Positions 18,640-27,736 of a stretch of DNA of 47,149 nucleotides are shown piece after piece. The position numbers and the translations under genes are program-made. Positions within the stretch are counted from its first letter, which is position 1; every line of letters begins with the position of its first letter. The notes under the pieces are model-generated. The model saw only the letters and a list, made by a program, of their open reading frames with translations. It was not told where the DNA came from and made no database searches. The stretch comes from Candidatus Bathyarchaeota archaeon (lineage in GTDB: Archaea; Thermoproteota; Bathyarchaeia; Bathyarchaeales; Bathyarchaeaceae). The DNA lies in assembly GCA_029882515.1 (NCBI GenBank), contig JAOUKN010000002.1:1-47149 (forward strand), written 5' to 3'.

Positions 18640-19320
18640 GTGGTCTGCGTGAAAGACGTGGTTGAGGCTGAGAAAGGAGAAATCTTCGACATAGAACTAG
18701 ATGTCAATATTCTTGAGGCAAACAGGAAACTCGCAAATGAAAACAAGGAACTCCTACAGAAAAACGGTGTACAAGCAATCGACGTTATGGGTGCTATAGG
18801 ATCAGGAAAAACCTCCCTCATCGAGAAGTTAGTTCAAAACTTGAAAGGAAAGTACAGGATGGCAGCCTTCAAGGGTGATTTAACAACAACTATTGACGCC
18901 GAACTGATCGCAAGACATGGAGTCGAGGTCATCCCCATAAACACCGGAAAAGAATGCCACTTAGACGCAAATCTAGTGAAAAAGGCTCTCAAAAGAATCA
19001 ACCTCGAGGGCATTGATCTGCTATTCATTGAGAATGTCGGGAATCTTATTTGTCCTGCAGAGTTTCCTCTGGGCTCTGACAAACGGATTGTAGTAGTCAG
19101 CATTACCGAAGGACCTTACATGGTGGTTAAGCACCCCTTCATCTTCATGGACGCAGATGTCGTAGTTATTAACAAATTGGACTTGGCACAGGCAATGGGA
19201 GTGGATGTTAAAAAACTGGAAAATGATGCTAAAACGATTAATCCTAAGGTGAAAGTTGTGGCAACAAACTGCAGAAGCGGAGAAGGCATCATCAACGTCA
19301 TTAACGCATTAGAACTCTAA
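18640..19320 (+). CDS. hypB: Hydrogenase nickel-incorporation GTPase HypB
   Basis: 226 aa with a P-loop (GAIGSGKTS), ENVGNLICP and NKLDL GTPase motifs. There is no His-rich N-terminal tract. Confidence 0.9.
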   Translation: MVCVKDVVEAEKGEIFDIELDVNILEANRKLANENKELLQKNGVQAIDVMGAIGSGKTSLIEKLVQNLKGKYRMAAFKGDLTTTIDAELIARHGVEVIPINTGKECHLDANLVKKALKRINLEGIDLLFIENVGNLICPAEFPLGSDKRIVVVSITEGPYMVVKHPFIFMDADVVVINKLDLAQAMGVDVKKLENDAKTINPKVKVVATNCRSGEGIINVINALEL

Positions 19321-19344
19321 GAAGAAATCTTGAGGCATTTGAAC

Positions 19345-19743
19345 GTGCATGAATTTTCTGTGACTTCTCAAATTGTTGAGGCTATTTTAAAGGAAGCTGG
19401 GAAACATAACGCAAAGAGGGTCGTAGCTGTTCATTTGGACATAGGAAAACTCACGTTTTTAGGTTTAGAGCAAGTTCGGTTTTCCTATGAAGTACTTGTT
19501 AAGGGCACGATACTGGAAGGGTCAAAGCTCTACATCGAAGAAAAAGATGGCATTGTAAACTGTCGCAGTTGTGGGTATGAAGGAGGGTTCCAATACGAAG
19601 ATGACCCCATTTACCACATTCCTACACCTACACTCCGTTGTCCAAACTGTGGAGAAACAGTTGAGATCGAAGGAGGACGAGAATGTACAATAAGAGACAT
19701 GAAACTTCTCATAAGTGAGGACGACAAAACGGATGCAGATTAA
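19345..19743 (+). CDS. hypA: Hydrogenase nickel-insertion protein HypA
   Basis: GTG 19345 gives the canonical MHE N-terminus (MHEFSVTSQIVEAI). Zinc site CRSCG ... CPNCG. The ORF track start at 19330 is probably too early. Confidence 0.85.
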   Translation: MHEFSVTSQIVEAILKEAGKHNAKRVVAVHLDIGKLTFLGLEQVRFSYEVLVKGTILEGSKLYIEEKDGIVNCRSCGYEGGFQYEDDPIYHIPTPTLRCPNCGETVEIEGGRECTIRDMKLLISEDDKTDAD

Positions 19744-20809
19744 AGAACGGTTCAGGGACCCAACACTCGCAAAGAAAATTGCAGGTTACATCCGAAAACT
19801 GGCTCCTCCTTACGAAGTTAAGTTTTGTCATGTCTGCGGAACCCACGAGTGGACAATAACCCATTATGGACTTAGAGCACTTCTTCCAGAAACAGTTGAC
19901 GTAATCGCTGGACCAGGCTGTCCAGTTTGCGTTCTCCCTGCTGCTGAGATAGATGAGGCGATACAACTGGCGCTGAACGGAATAGCGGTTACAACTTTCG
20001 GCGATGTGATTCGAGTTCCTGGCTCAGAGAGTTCCCTTCAGGAGGCTAAGGCTTCTGGTGGAGACGTTAGAATCGTTTACAGTGTAAGAGATGCAGTGAA
20101 AATGGCTGAAAAGGAATCAGAAAAGGAGTTTGTGTTTTTTGCTATAGGTTTTGAGACAACAGCTCCCTTGACAGCCATAGAAATTCTCGACAAACAGCTT
20201 GAGAATCTTAGCTTTCTAGTTTCCCATAGGTTAATTCCTCCAGCCATGGAGCTATTGTTAGGTGTGGGAGACTTGCACATAGATGGCTTCATTGCGCCAG
20301 GACATGTATCAACCATTATTGGAGTGAAACCTTATGAGATATTTCCAAAAGCCTACCACATGCCAACCATAGTAGCAGGATTTGAACCCTTAGATGTTCT
20401 TTTTGCTGTTTCGATGCTTCTCAAACAGTTACGGACTGGGGAGGCAAGGTTGGAAAATGAGTATACTCGTTCCGTGGATTGGAAAGGTAATGTTAAGGCG
20501 CAGCAACTCATGGAGAAAGTGTTTGACGTCGTGGGTGGGCGTTGGAGAGGACTTGGGAAAATTCCGTTATCTGCATTAGCTTTGAAGGAAGAATTTATGG
20601 CTTATGATGCGCGAAAAAAGTATGGTATAAAGATTGAGCGTTCAAGAGACTTATTGCCTGGCTGTCTCTGCCATTTGGTTATGATTGGGAAGATTAAGCC
20701 CTCCGAATGTGGTCTCTTTATGAAGACTTGTAGACCAGAGTCGCCGAAAGGAGCCTGCATGGTTTCTATGGAAGGCACTTGTAGAATATGGGCGAGACAC
20801 AAGGCCTAG
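19733..20809 (+). CDS. hypD: Hydrogenase maturation protein HypD
   Basis: Contains CHVCGTHEW and GPGCPVCV motifs and a C-terminal Cys cluster. The likely start, ATG 19733 (MQIKERFRDP), overlaps the hypA end. Confidence 0.9.
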   Translation: MQIKERFRDPTLAKKIAGYIRKLAPPYEVKFCHVCGTHEWTITHYGLRALLPETVDVIAGPGCPVCVLPAAEIDEAIQLALNGIAVTTFGDVIRVPGSESSLQEAKASGGDVRIVYSVRDAVKMAEKESEKEFVFFAIGFETTAPLTAIEILDKQLENLSFLVSHRLIPPAMELLLGVGDLHIDGFIAPGHVSTIIGVKPYEIFPKAYHMPTIVAGFEPLDVLFAVSMLLKQLRTGEARLENEYTRSVDWKGNVKAQQLMEKVFDVVGGRWRGLGKIPLSALALKEEFMAYDARKKYGIKIERSRDLLPGCLCHLVMIGKIKPSECGLFMKTCRPESPKGACMVSMEGTCRIWARHKA

Positions 20810-20818
20810 TTGCTTGGT

Positions 20819-21865
20819 TTAACAGATCCTTGGAACTGGATCTCCTATTGGTGGTGCCAGTATTCTTTTTCCACCCACTTCGGTCTCCAGAGCGACTTCT
20901 CTAAATTGTTTTGTCGCTTCTCCTATTATCTGTGCATTTTTGCCTTCCTTTGTCTTCTTTAGTATTGACAGTATCTCTTCGGCTTTCTCATGGACCATCC
21001 CTATCAGTATTTTCCCTTCGTTCCCTATTTCGAGGGGATCAATACCCAGCATTTCGCATGCGGCTTTAACGTCTTCACGTATGGGTATCCTATCCTCTTG
21101 CACTAGTATACCGACATTGGACTTTTCACTCCACTCATTTAAGGCGTTGGCTAAACCGCCTCTTGTGGGGTCTTTCATCGATACTATTCCGCCCACACTC
21201 AGGAGTCGGATAATCAGCTTGTTTAGAGGCGTTACATCAGATTTGATTTGGCTTCCGAAATTGTAGCCTTCTTGCGCCGACAAAACAGCAAGCCCATGGT
21301 CTCCCACTGTGCCAGAAACTATCACTTTGTCGCCTTCTCGTAAATTGGAGTCAAGAATCCAACGGCTATTGAAAGAACGGTATTTTTTCACTTCTGCAAT
21401 ATTTCCTTCTAAGGCTTCATTTCTCTTGCCAATTCCAGATGTGTTGATGACACATCCGCTTAAATTTCCCTTTTCCACGACCTTTGTATCGCCAGTAATG
21501 ATGTAGGCACCTGCTTCTTTGCAGGTTTGTTTCATACTCTCGAGAATTCTTTCGAAGTCAGTTATTTGGAGTCCTTCTTCTAGGACGAAGCCGCAAGAAA
21601 GGGCTATCGGTTCTGCCCCCATCACCGCAATATCGTTTACCGTGCCTGCAACTGCCAATCTTCCAATGTCCCCACCCGGGAAAAAGATGGGCTTGACCGC
21701 GTGGGAATCCGACTTCAAAACAATGTCGCCGATTACGGCTGCATCATCTAATGCTTCCAGCGGAACCTCAGAGCCACTTCCACCCAGATGCGTTACGATA
21801 TGTTTCTTGATTAAGTCATGCATGATTGTTCCGCCAGCGCCATGAGCCATGGTGATCCTTTTCAA
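20819..21865 (-). CDS. hypE: Hydrogenase maturation carbamoyl dehydratase HypE
   Basis: 348 aa with a PurM-like fold pattern and the diagnostic C-terminal PRIC motif. TTG start is preceded by AGGAGG. Convergent with hypD. Confidence 0.95.
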   Translation of the reverse strand: MKRITMAHGAGGTIMHDLIKKHIVTHLGGSGSEVPLEALDDAAVIGDIVLKSDSHAVKPIFFPGGDIGRLAVAGTVNDIAVMGAEPIALSCGFVLEEGLQITDFERILESMKQTCKEAGAYIITGDTKVVEKGNLSGCVINTSGIGKRNEALEGNIAEVKKYRSFNSRWILDSNLREGDKVIVSGTVGDHGLAVLSAQEGYNFGSQIKSDVTPLNKLIIRLLSVGGIVSMKDPTRGGLANALNEWSEKSNVGILVQEDRIPIREDVKAACEMLGIDPLEIGNEGKILIGMVHEKAEEILSILKKTKEGKNAQIIGEATKQFREVALETEVGGKRILAPPIGDPVPRIC

Positions 21866-21877
21866 TTCTAATCCTCC

Positions 21878-22021
21878 TTAGCGATCGAGAAGAAGAGAGG
21901 AATTAAGGGTCTTAAGAAGGTTGAGGTATGCACGCGCATAACGAACTTTGTCATCTTTGTCTACAAAAGATATTTCAACTAGGAGAGAATCAGGCATGGT
22001 TTCAATCAACGTGTAAGGCAT
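21878..22021 (-). CDS. Possible 47-aa ORF immediately upstream of hypE
   Basis: Hand-translated: MPYTLIETMPDSLLVEISFVDKDDKVRYARAYLNLLKTLNSSLLLDR. Its TAA stop abuts the hypE Shine-Dalgarno. The open frame extends upstream to 22126 without another ATG. No family recognised. Confidence 0.2.
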   Translation of the reverse strand: MPYTLIETMPDSLLVEISFVDKDDKVRYARAYLNLLKTLNSSLLLDR

Positions 22022-22287
22022 TCTTCTATCATACGTTTTTTCTCCATTTTCTTTTGGAAGATGAGGAGCCGAAGTTTTAGATTTCTTCTTGAGGGAGTAG
22101 TTTACAAATGTAAAGACTGATATGTGTCATAACAATGTTATGAAATGGTGGCAGAAAGAACTTAAAACATAAAGAATTTAAAACACAAACTCAAATTAAC
22201 TCCTTCCAACGACTGGAATCGAACCAAGCATGCAAGTCTGTAACATTCCCAGAATTTCTCAAACCCAGATTGCTGGAGAAAAATAGT

Positions 22288-23211
22288 ATGCCCATGAAAT
22301 TGGTAAAAACTGAGAGTGAAAATGAGCTCGAAGTTGAAAGAATTTTACATGCTAAACGATATTCCTTAACATTAGACAGGAACTTATGCGTAGGTTGTGA
22401 GATCTGCAAGACAATCTGTCCAAGAGAAGCCATTGAGATCAAAATTGTTCCGAAGGTAAACGGAGAAAAAGCAAAGCAGCCAATCATTGATGTTGATGAG
22501 CAGAAATGCCAGTACTGTGGAATCTGCAATACTCTTTGTCCCTTTGGCGCCCTAAAAGTAAGAGTAGATGGTGAACACGTGATTTCAGTAGTTAAAACTG
22601 AGAGCTTCCCTCAACTTATCCGCGACATTGAGGTTGACACAACCAAGTGCGATTTGGATTGTGTGGAATGTGAGAAGGCCTGTCCTTTGGAAATTATCGA
22701 GGTTAGTGTACGAACACCTGATGGTAAAGAGGTGTCAGATATTGCAAAGTCCAAAAAGAAGAATGTGTCAGTTCATGTTGACATTAAAACAGATTTATGT
22801 CCTTCCTGTCGGTTGTGTGAAATGCAATGTCCAGAAGGTGCTGTCCGTGTTCGCAAAATGTTCCACGGAGTTATGAAAATAAACCAAGAGAAATGTCCAG
22901 AAGGTTGCCAAGACTGCCTTGACGTTTGCCCCATCACAGGAGCCCTCTACTTAGGCGACAATGAGAAAGTGCACGTTAACGAGTTATACTGCATCTACTG
23001 CGGTGTTTGTAAACTTGTGTGCCCAGAAGAGGAAGCTCTAGAATTACAAAGAACCTCTGTGCATCATACACCAGTTCGTTCTGGCGCATGGAATAAGGCA
23101 CTGGAAAAATTAACATCCACAACAGAGATGACTAAGGAGTTGAGAGCAAAAGGCTCCATGAAAGCGCGAGGATCAGTTGAAAAACGACTTGCATATAAGG
23201 AGGTATCATAA
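22288..23211 (+). CDS. Polyferredoxin (six CxxCxxCxxxCP-type 4Fe-4S motifs)
   Basis: Six cluster-binding motifs counted by eye (CVGCEICKTICP, CQYCGICNTLCP, CDLDCVECEKACP, CPSCRLCEMQCP, CPEGCQDCLDVCP, CIYCGVCKLVCP). ATG 22288 follows GGAG. The stop directly abuts the hdrA start. Confidence 0.85.
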   Translation: MPMKLVKTESENELEVERILHAKRYSLTLDRNLCVGCEICKTICPREAIEIKIVPKVNGEKAKQPIIDVDEQKCQYCGICNTLCPFGALKVRVDGEHVISVVKTESFPQLIRDIEVDTTKCDLDCVECEKACPLEIIEVSVRTPDGKEVSDIAKSKKKNVSVHVDIKTDLCPSCRLCEMQCPEGAVRVRKMFHGVMKINQEKCPEGCQDCLDVCPITGALYLGDNEKVHVNELYCIYCGVCKLVCPEEEALELQRTSVHHTPVRSGAWNKALEKLTSTTEMTKELRAKGSMKARGSVEKRLAYKEVS

Positions 23212-25182
23212 GTGTCTGAAGAACCGCGAGTTGGAGTTTTCGTTTGCCACTGTGGACTTAACATAGCAGGAGTGATAGATGTAGAAGAAGTCACTGAATA
23301 CGCCAAAACGTTGCCTAATGTAGTCCTCGCCGTTCACAACCGATATATATGTACAGCTCCCGGACAAGCCGAAATTAGAACGGCAATAAAAGAGCACAAG
23401 TTAAATAGAGTTGTTGTTGCAGCCTGCTCACCACGCCTTCACGAATCTACATTCAGAAGATGTATCACAGAAATCGGGTTAAACCCCTACGTTCTTGAGA
23501 TGGCCAACATCCGAGAATTTTCTTCGTGGTGCCACCTAAGCACTCCCAGAGAAGCAACTAATGAGGCAAAAAAAATTGTAAAGATTGCAGTAGCCAAGGC
23601 TCGGCTACTTCAGGCACTCGAAACAATTGAATTCCCAGTAACCAATAAGGCTCTCATTATAGGTGGCGGAATTGCTGGAATAAGCGCCGCATTAGATCTT
23701 GCTGACATGGGCTTCAAAGTATATTTAGTCGAAAAGAGCGAAAGTATCGGAGGTCATATGGCCCAACTCGACAAGACCTTTCCGACCCTTGACTGCTCCA
23801 TCTGCATTGAAGGCCCAAAAATGGTGGATGTCTCTCGTCATCCGAATATCGAAATAATATCATACGCCAACATTCTCCACGTAGAAGGATTTGTTGGAAA
23901 CTTCAGAGTCAAAGTTCGAAAGAACCCACGATACGTAATTGCCGATAATTGTACAGGATGTGGCGAATGCCGAGATGTCTGCCCCATCGAATTTCCCAAC
24001 AAATGGGACTTGAATATGGGCGTTAGAAAGGCAATTTCACTCCCCTTCGATCAAGCGGTCCCACTTGTTTACACGATCAACATGGATCATTGCATCGAAT
24101 GCTACAAATGTGTTGATGTTTGCGGTGCCCGTCAAGCCATAAATTTCGACCAGCAACCTGAAGAAATCGAATTAAACGTAGGGGCAATCATCGTTGCGAT
24201 AGGCTTTGAAAGTTATCTACCATACACCGATCACCAGTACGGTTACGGAAAATACGATAATGTCATCACCGCATTGGAATTTGAGAGACTGATTCTGGCA
24301 GCAGGTCCGACCAGTGGAAAAGTCATTCGGGCTTCCGACGGTGAGAAACCTCATTCTATAGTCTTCATTCAGTGTGTTGGTTCGCGAGACGTTAACAAGT
24401 ACGAATATTGTTCTGGCTTCTGTTGCATGTACACTTTAAAGCACGCAGTTATGCTTAAGGAGAAGTATAAAGATGATATTCAAATTTACATCATCTACAC
24501 TGACATGCGTAGCGATTTTAAAGGATATGAAGAATTCTACAATAGAGCTCAGAAAGCTGGGGTTCATTTTGTACGAGTGAAACTGGAAAACAGGTCTGTA
24601 ACTGAAGATCCGGGAACCAAGAATCTTATTGTGCACGCTGAAACAGAAGGCGACCAACCAGTGGAGATAGCGGCTGAGATGGTGGTTCTGGCAAACGCAG
24701 CCATTCCAGTCCAAGACGCAGCAGATCTAGCGAAACTCCTAAACATTCCAATCGAAACAGACGGCTTTTTCGTAGAATGCCAGCCGAAGATTAGGCCTAG
24801 TGACACGGATATACCGGGAATATTCCTAGCGGGGGCCTGTCTAGGGTTGAAAGATATACCGTATAGTGTGGCACAAGGAAGTGGTGCAGCAGCCCAAGCA
24901 TCAACAATTCTGAGTAGGTCTACGTGGATTATCGAGCCCTTCATTGCAAAAGTGGATGAGGGCATCTGTAGTGGGTGCAAGATTTGTAAGTCTGTTTGTG
25001 ATTACAATGCCGTGCAAATCGAGAAAACCCACGAAAAGGAGTTGGCAAAAGTTATAGACGGTCTTTGCAGGGGATGTGGCACCTGCAGTGCAGCATGTCC
25101 TACGGGAGCTATAACAATGCCCCTTTATACCGATGCGCAAGTTATTGCGCAAGTCAGAGCAGCTCTGGAAGAGGTAATGTGA
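23212..25182 (+). CDS. hdrA: Heterodisulfide reductase subunit A-like flavoprotein (HdrA paralog 1)
   Basis: 656 aa with a GTG start 7 nt after AAGGAGGT. It has the N-terminal CHCG cluster motif, an FAD dinucleotide fold (IIGGGIAGISAALDLA), inserted and C-terminal ferredoxin motifs, and FIQCVGSRD. Confidence 0.9.
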   Translation: MSEEPRVGVFVCHCGLNIAGVIDVEEVTEYAKTLPNVVLAVHNRYICTAPGQAEIRTAIKEHKLNRVVVAACSPRLHESTFRRCITEIGLNPYVLEMANIREFSSWCHLSTPREATNEAKKIVKIAVAKARLLQALETIEFPVTNKALIIGGGIAGISAALDLADMGFKVYLVEKSESIGGHMAQLDKTFPTLDCSICIEGPKMVDVSRHPNIEIISYANILHVEGFVGNFRVKVRKNPRYVIADNCTGCGECRDVCPIEFPNKWDLNMGVRKAISLPFDQAVPLVYTINMDHCIECYKCVDVCGARQAINFDQQPEEIELNVGAIIVAIGFESYLPYTDHQYGYGKYDNVITALEFERLILAAGPTSGKVIRASDGEKPHSIVFIQCVGSRDVNKYEYCSGFCCMYTLKHAVMLKEKYKDDIQIYIIYTDMRSDFKGYEEFYNRAQKAGVHFVRVKLENRSVTEDPGTKNLIVHAETEGDQPVEIAAEMVVLANAAIPVQDAADLAKLLNIPIETDGFFVECQPKIRPSDTDIPGIFLAGACLGLKDIPYSVAQGSGAAAQASTILSRSTWIIEPFIAKVDEGICSGCKICKSVCDYNAVQIEKTHEKELAKVIDGLCRGCGTCSAACPTGAITMPLYTDAQVIAQVRAALEEVM

Positions 25183-25183
25183 C

Positions 25184-27676
25184 ATGGTACAAGATTCTCT
25201 TCAAGCTATAGAAGAGATACGAATCGGTGTATTCATCTGTTATTGCGGGCTTAATATCGGCGCTGTAGTAGACGTAGAGGATGTGGCAGATTACGCTCGC
25301 TCTCTGCCGAATGTAGTCTATGTGAAGACCAACCGGTACACATGTGCTGACCCGGGACAAGAAGAGATTAGGAAAGGAATAGCGGAGTACAAGTTAAACC
25401 GAGTGATTGTAGCTGCTTGTTCTCCAAGGATGCACGAGCCAACGTTTCGGCGAACCGTTTCGGAAGCTGGTATGAACCCGTTTCTCTTTGAGATGGCCAA
25501 CATCCGGGAGTTTTCGTCATGGTGTCATCCAAGCACACCAGAAGAGGCCACAAAAAAAGCTAAAGAAATTGTGAAAATGGCTGTTGCAAAGGTTAGATTG
25601 CTACAACCGCTTGACATCATCGAAGTTCCAGTTACCAATGAAGCGTTAGTAGTGGGCGGTGGGGTCGCTGGTGCAAGTGCAGCGTTGGCCCTTGCTGACA
25701 TGGGGTACAAAGTATACTTAGTTGACAAAGCTGAGACCATCGGGGGCCACGTGGCTCAACTGGGCAAAACGTTCCCGATGTTTGAGTGTTCAAACTGTCC
25801 ACAACAGAATCGTTGTCCACGATTCTCGTGTGTTGCTACGAGAGTAGGAGATGTTGCTACGCATCCAAATATCCAGATATTTACTTATTCTGAAGTTAAA
25901 GAGGTTGAAGGTGTTATTGGAAGCTATAAGGTCAAGGTCGTTAAGAACCCGAGATTTGTTATCGAGTCAAAGTGTTTGGGATACTGTAACATTTGTGAAG
26001 AAAAATGCCCTGTTCAAGTGTCAAATGAATTTGACGCACGTGTACATATGCGGAAGGCAATCTACATGCCATTCAACCAAGCTATACCTCTGGTCTACAG
26101 GATTGATAAAGAGAACTGTCTCTACTTCAAGGATGGTAGTTGCACTGAATGTAAAGATGTATGCGAAGCAGGCGCGATAAATTTTGGGCAAACACCCGAA
26201 GAGATCACACTTGAAGTAGGGACTATCGTAATTGCGACTGGATTCGACATTTACGAACCTTATGATTTAAAAGAATATGGATATGGGCAATATAGGAATG
26301 TGATAACTGAACTTGAACTTGAACGAATTTTGAACACGGGCACTCAACTTACAGGCGAACTCTTAAGGCCTTCAGACGGCAAAAAGCCCAACAGCCTAAC
26401 TTTCATTCAGTGTGTTGGTTCACGAGACGTTGACAAGTACGAGTATTGCTCCAGCTTCTGTTGCATGTTAACACTAAAGAACGCGATTTTGCTCAAAGAG
26501 AAGTACGGGGATGACCTACAAATTAATGTGCTTTACATGGATATGCGCACCAACAAGAAAGGGTACGAAGAGATCTTCAGAAGAGCCCAAAATATGGGAA
26601 TCAACTTCATACGAACAAAGCTTACCAATAGAAAGATTACAGAAAACCCGAAAACAAAAAGCTTGACTGTATATGCAGAAACAGAAGGCAACAATTCAGT
26701 GAAGATAACGACTGACATGGTAGTATTAGCAACAGCGGCGATTCCAAGTAAAGGGTCCGAAGACATAGCCAGAATCTTCAACATCTCCCGAGGAGCCGAC
26801 GGCTTCTTTATGGAAAGCCATCCAAAACTTAAGCCCCTCGACACAGCTGTGGATGGCACCTTTCTAGCTGGGGCCTGTCAGGGACCTAAAGACATCCCCT
26901 ACAGTGTGTCACAAGGAAGTGGAGCTGCATCCAGAGCTGCAACAATTCTTTCAAAGTCAACGTGGGAAATCGAACCTATCATTGCTGTTGTTAATCCTGA
27001 TGAATGTAGAAATGTCAAGACGAAGTGTGGCATTTGTTCACAAAGGTGTCCTTATGGTGCCATTAAAGCTCCTGAAGGGCAGCCAGCAGAAGTTGCTACT
27101 GCTATGTGTCATGGATGTGGCACTTGCGTTGCTGAATGTCCAGCTGACGCCATTACTCAAATGCATTTCACTGACGCTCAGATTTTTGCTCAGATCCGGG
27201 CTGCTTTGGAAGAAAATCCTGAGGATAAGATTCTGGCTTTTCTCTGTACCTGGTGTAGTTATGCGGGAGCTGATTTGGCTGGAACAAGTCGTTTCGAGTA
27301 TCCACCTACTATACGTCCCATTCGAGTCATGTGTTCCGGAAGGGTTGATAGAGACTTCGTTATGGAAGCCTTCAGACTTGGCGCAGGAATGGTGCTGGTT
27401 GCTGCTTGCCATTTACCCTATGATTGCCACTACATTTCTGGCAACTGGAAAATGAAAACAAGAATGGAAGCCTTAGCGGGCATGCTGGAAAAACTAGGTC
27501 TTAGCCCAGAAAGGTTCAAAGTGGACTATGTATCTGCCGCCGAAGGCGTCAAATTCGCTGAACTCGTAAACGACATGACAGAACAAATGCACACACTGGG
27601 CAAGGACAAGATAAACACGGAGAACGGAAAATTAAAGCCTATACTGGAAAAAATGCTGTCACGAAAACGAAAGTAG
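25184..27676 (+). CDS. hdrA: HdrA paralog 2 fused to a C-terminal MvhD-like domain
   Basis: 830 aa. HdrA-like throughout the first ~660 aa. The C-terminal ~140 aa (KILAFLCTWCSYAGADLAG ... IRVMCSGRVD ... VAACHLPYDCHY) match the MvhD (methyl-viologen-reducing hydrogenase delta) pattern. Confidence 0.9.
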   Translation: MVQDSLQAIEEIRIGVFICYCGLNIGAVVDVEDVADYARSLPNVVYVKTNRYTCADPGQEEIRKGIAEYKLNRVIVAACSPRMHEPTFRRTVSEAGMNPFLFEMANIREFSSWCHPSTPEEATKKAKEIVKMAVAKVRLLQPLDIIEVPVTNEALVVGGGVAGASAALALADMGYKVYLVDKAETIGGHVAQLGKTFPMFECSNCPQQNRCPRFSCVATRVGDVATHPNIQIFTYSEVKEVEGVIGSYKVKVVKNPRFVIESKCLGYCNICEEKCPVQVSNEFDARVHMRKAIYMPFNQAIPLVYRIDKENCLYFKDGSCTECKDVCEAGAINFGQTPEEITLEVGTIVIATGFDIYEPYDLKEYGYGQYRNVITELELERILNTGTQLTGELLRPSDGKKPNSLTFIQCVGSRDVDKYEYCSSFCCMLTLKNAILLKEKYGDDLQINVLYMDMRTNKKGYEEIFRRAQNMGINFIRTKLTNRKITENPKTKSLTVYAETEGNNSVKITTDMVVLATAAIPSKGSEDIARIFNISRGADGFFMESHPKLKPLDTAVDGTFLAGACQGPKDIPYSVSQGSGAASRAATILSKSTWEIEPIIAVVNPDECRNVKTKCGICSQRCPYGAIKAPEGQPAEVATAMCHGCGTCVAECPADAITQMHFTDAQIFAQIRAALEENPEDKILAFLCTWCSYAGADLAGTSRFEYPPTIRPIRVMCSGRVDRDFVMEAFRLGAGMVLVAACHLPYDCHYISGNWKMKTRMEALAGMLEKLGLSPERFKVDYVSAAEGVKFAELVNDMTEQMHTLGKDKINTENGKLKPILEKMLSRKRK

Positions 27677-27736
27677 GAATTCTCATCAACACTCATCTCT
27701 TGTTACCTCACAATTATACTGCTTGGTGCGGCACAG

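Noticed and set aside
22191-22529. A 112-aa minus-strand ORF overlapping the polyferredoxin 5' end.
   Set aside because: It is antisense to a well-supported Fe-S protein gene and hydrophobic or low-complexity. It is a shadow ORF.
23212-27676. Numerous 60-183-aa ORFs in other frames or antisense within the hdrA genes (for example 24564..24980, 25851..26180, 26533..26859, 26904..27455, 27038..27412).
   Set aside because: They are fully embedded in strongly supported HdrA coding sequence and have low-complexity or biased composition, as expected for shadow ORFs.
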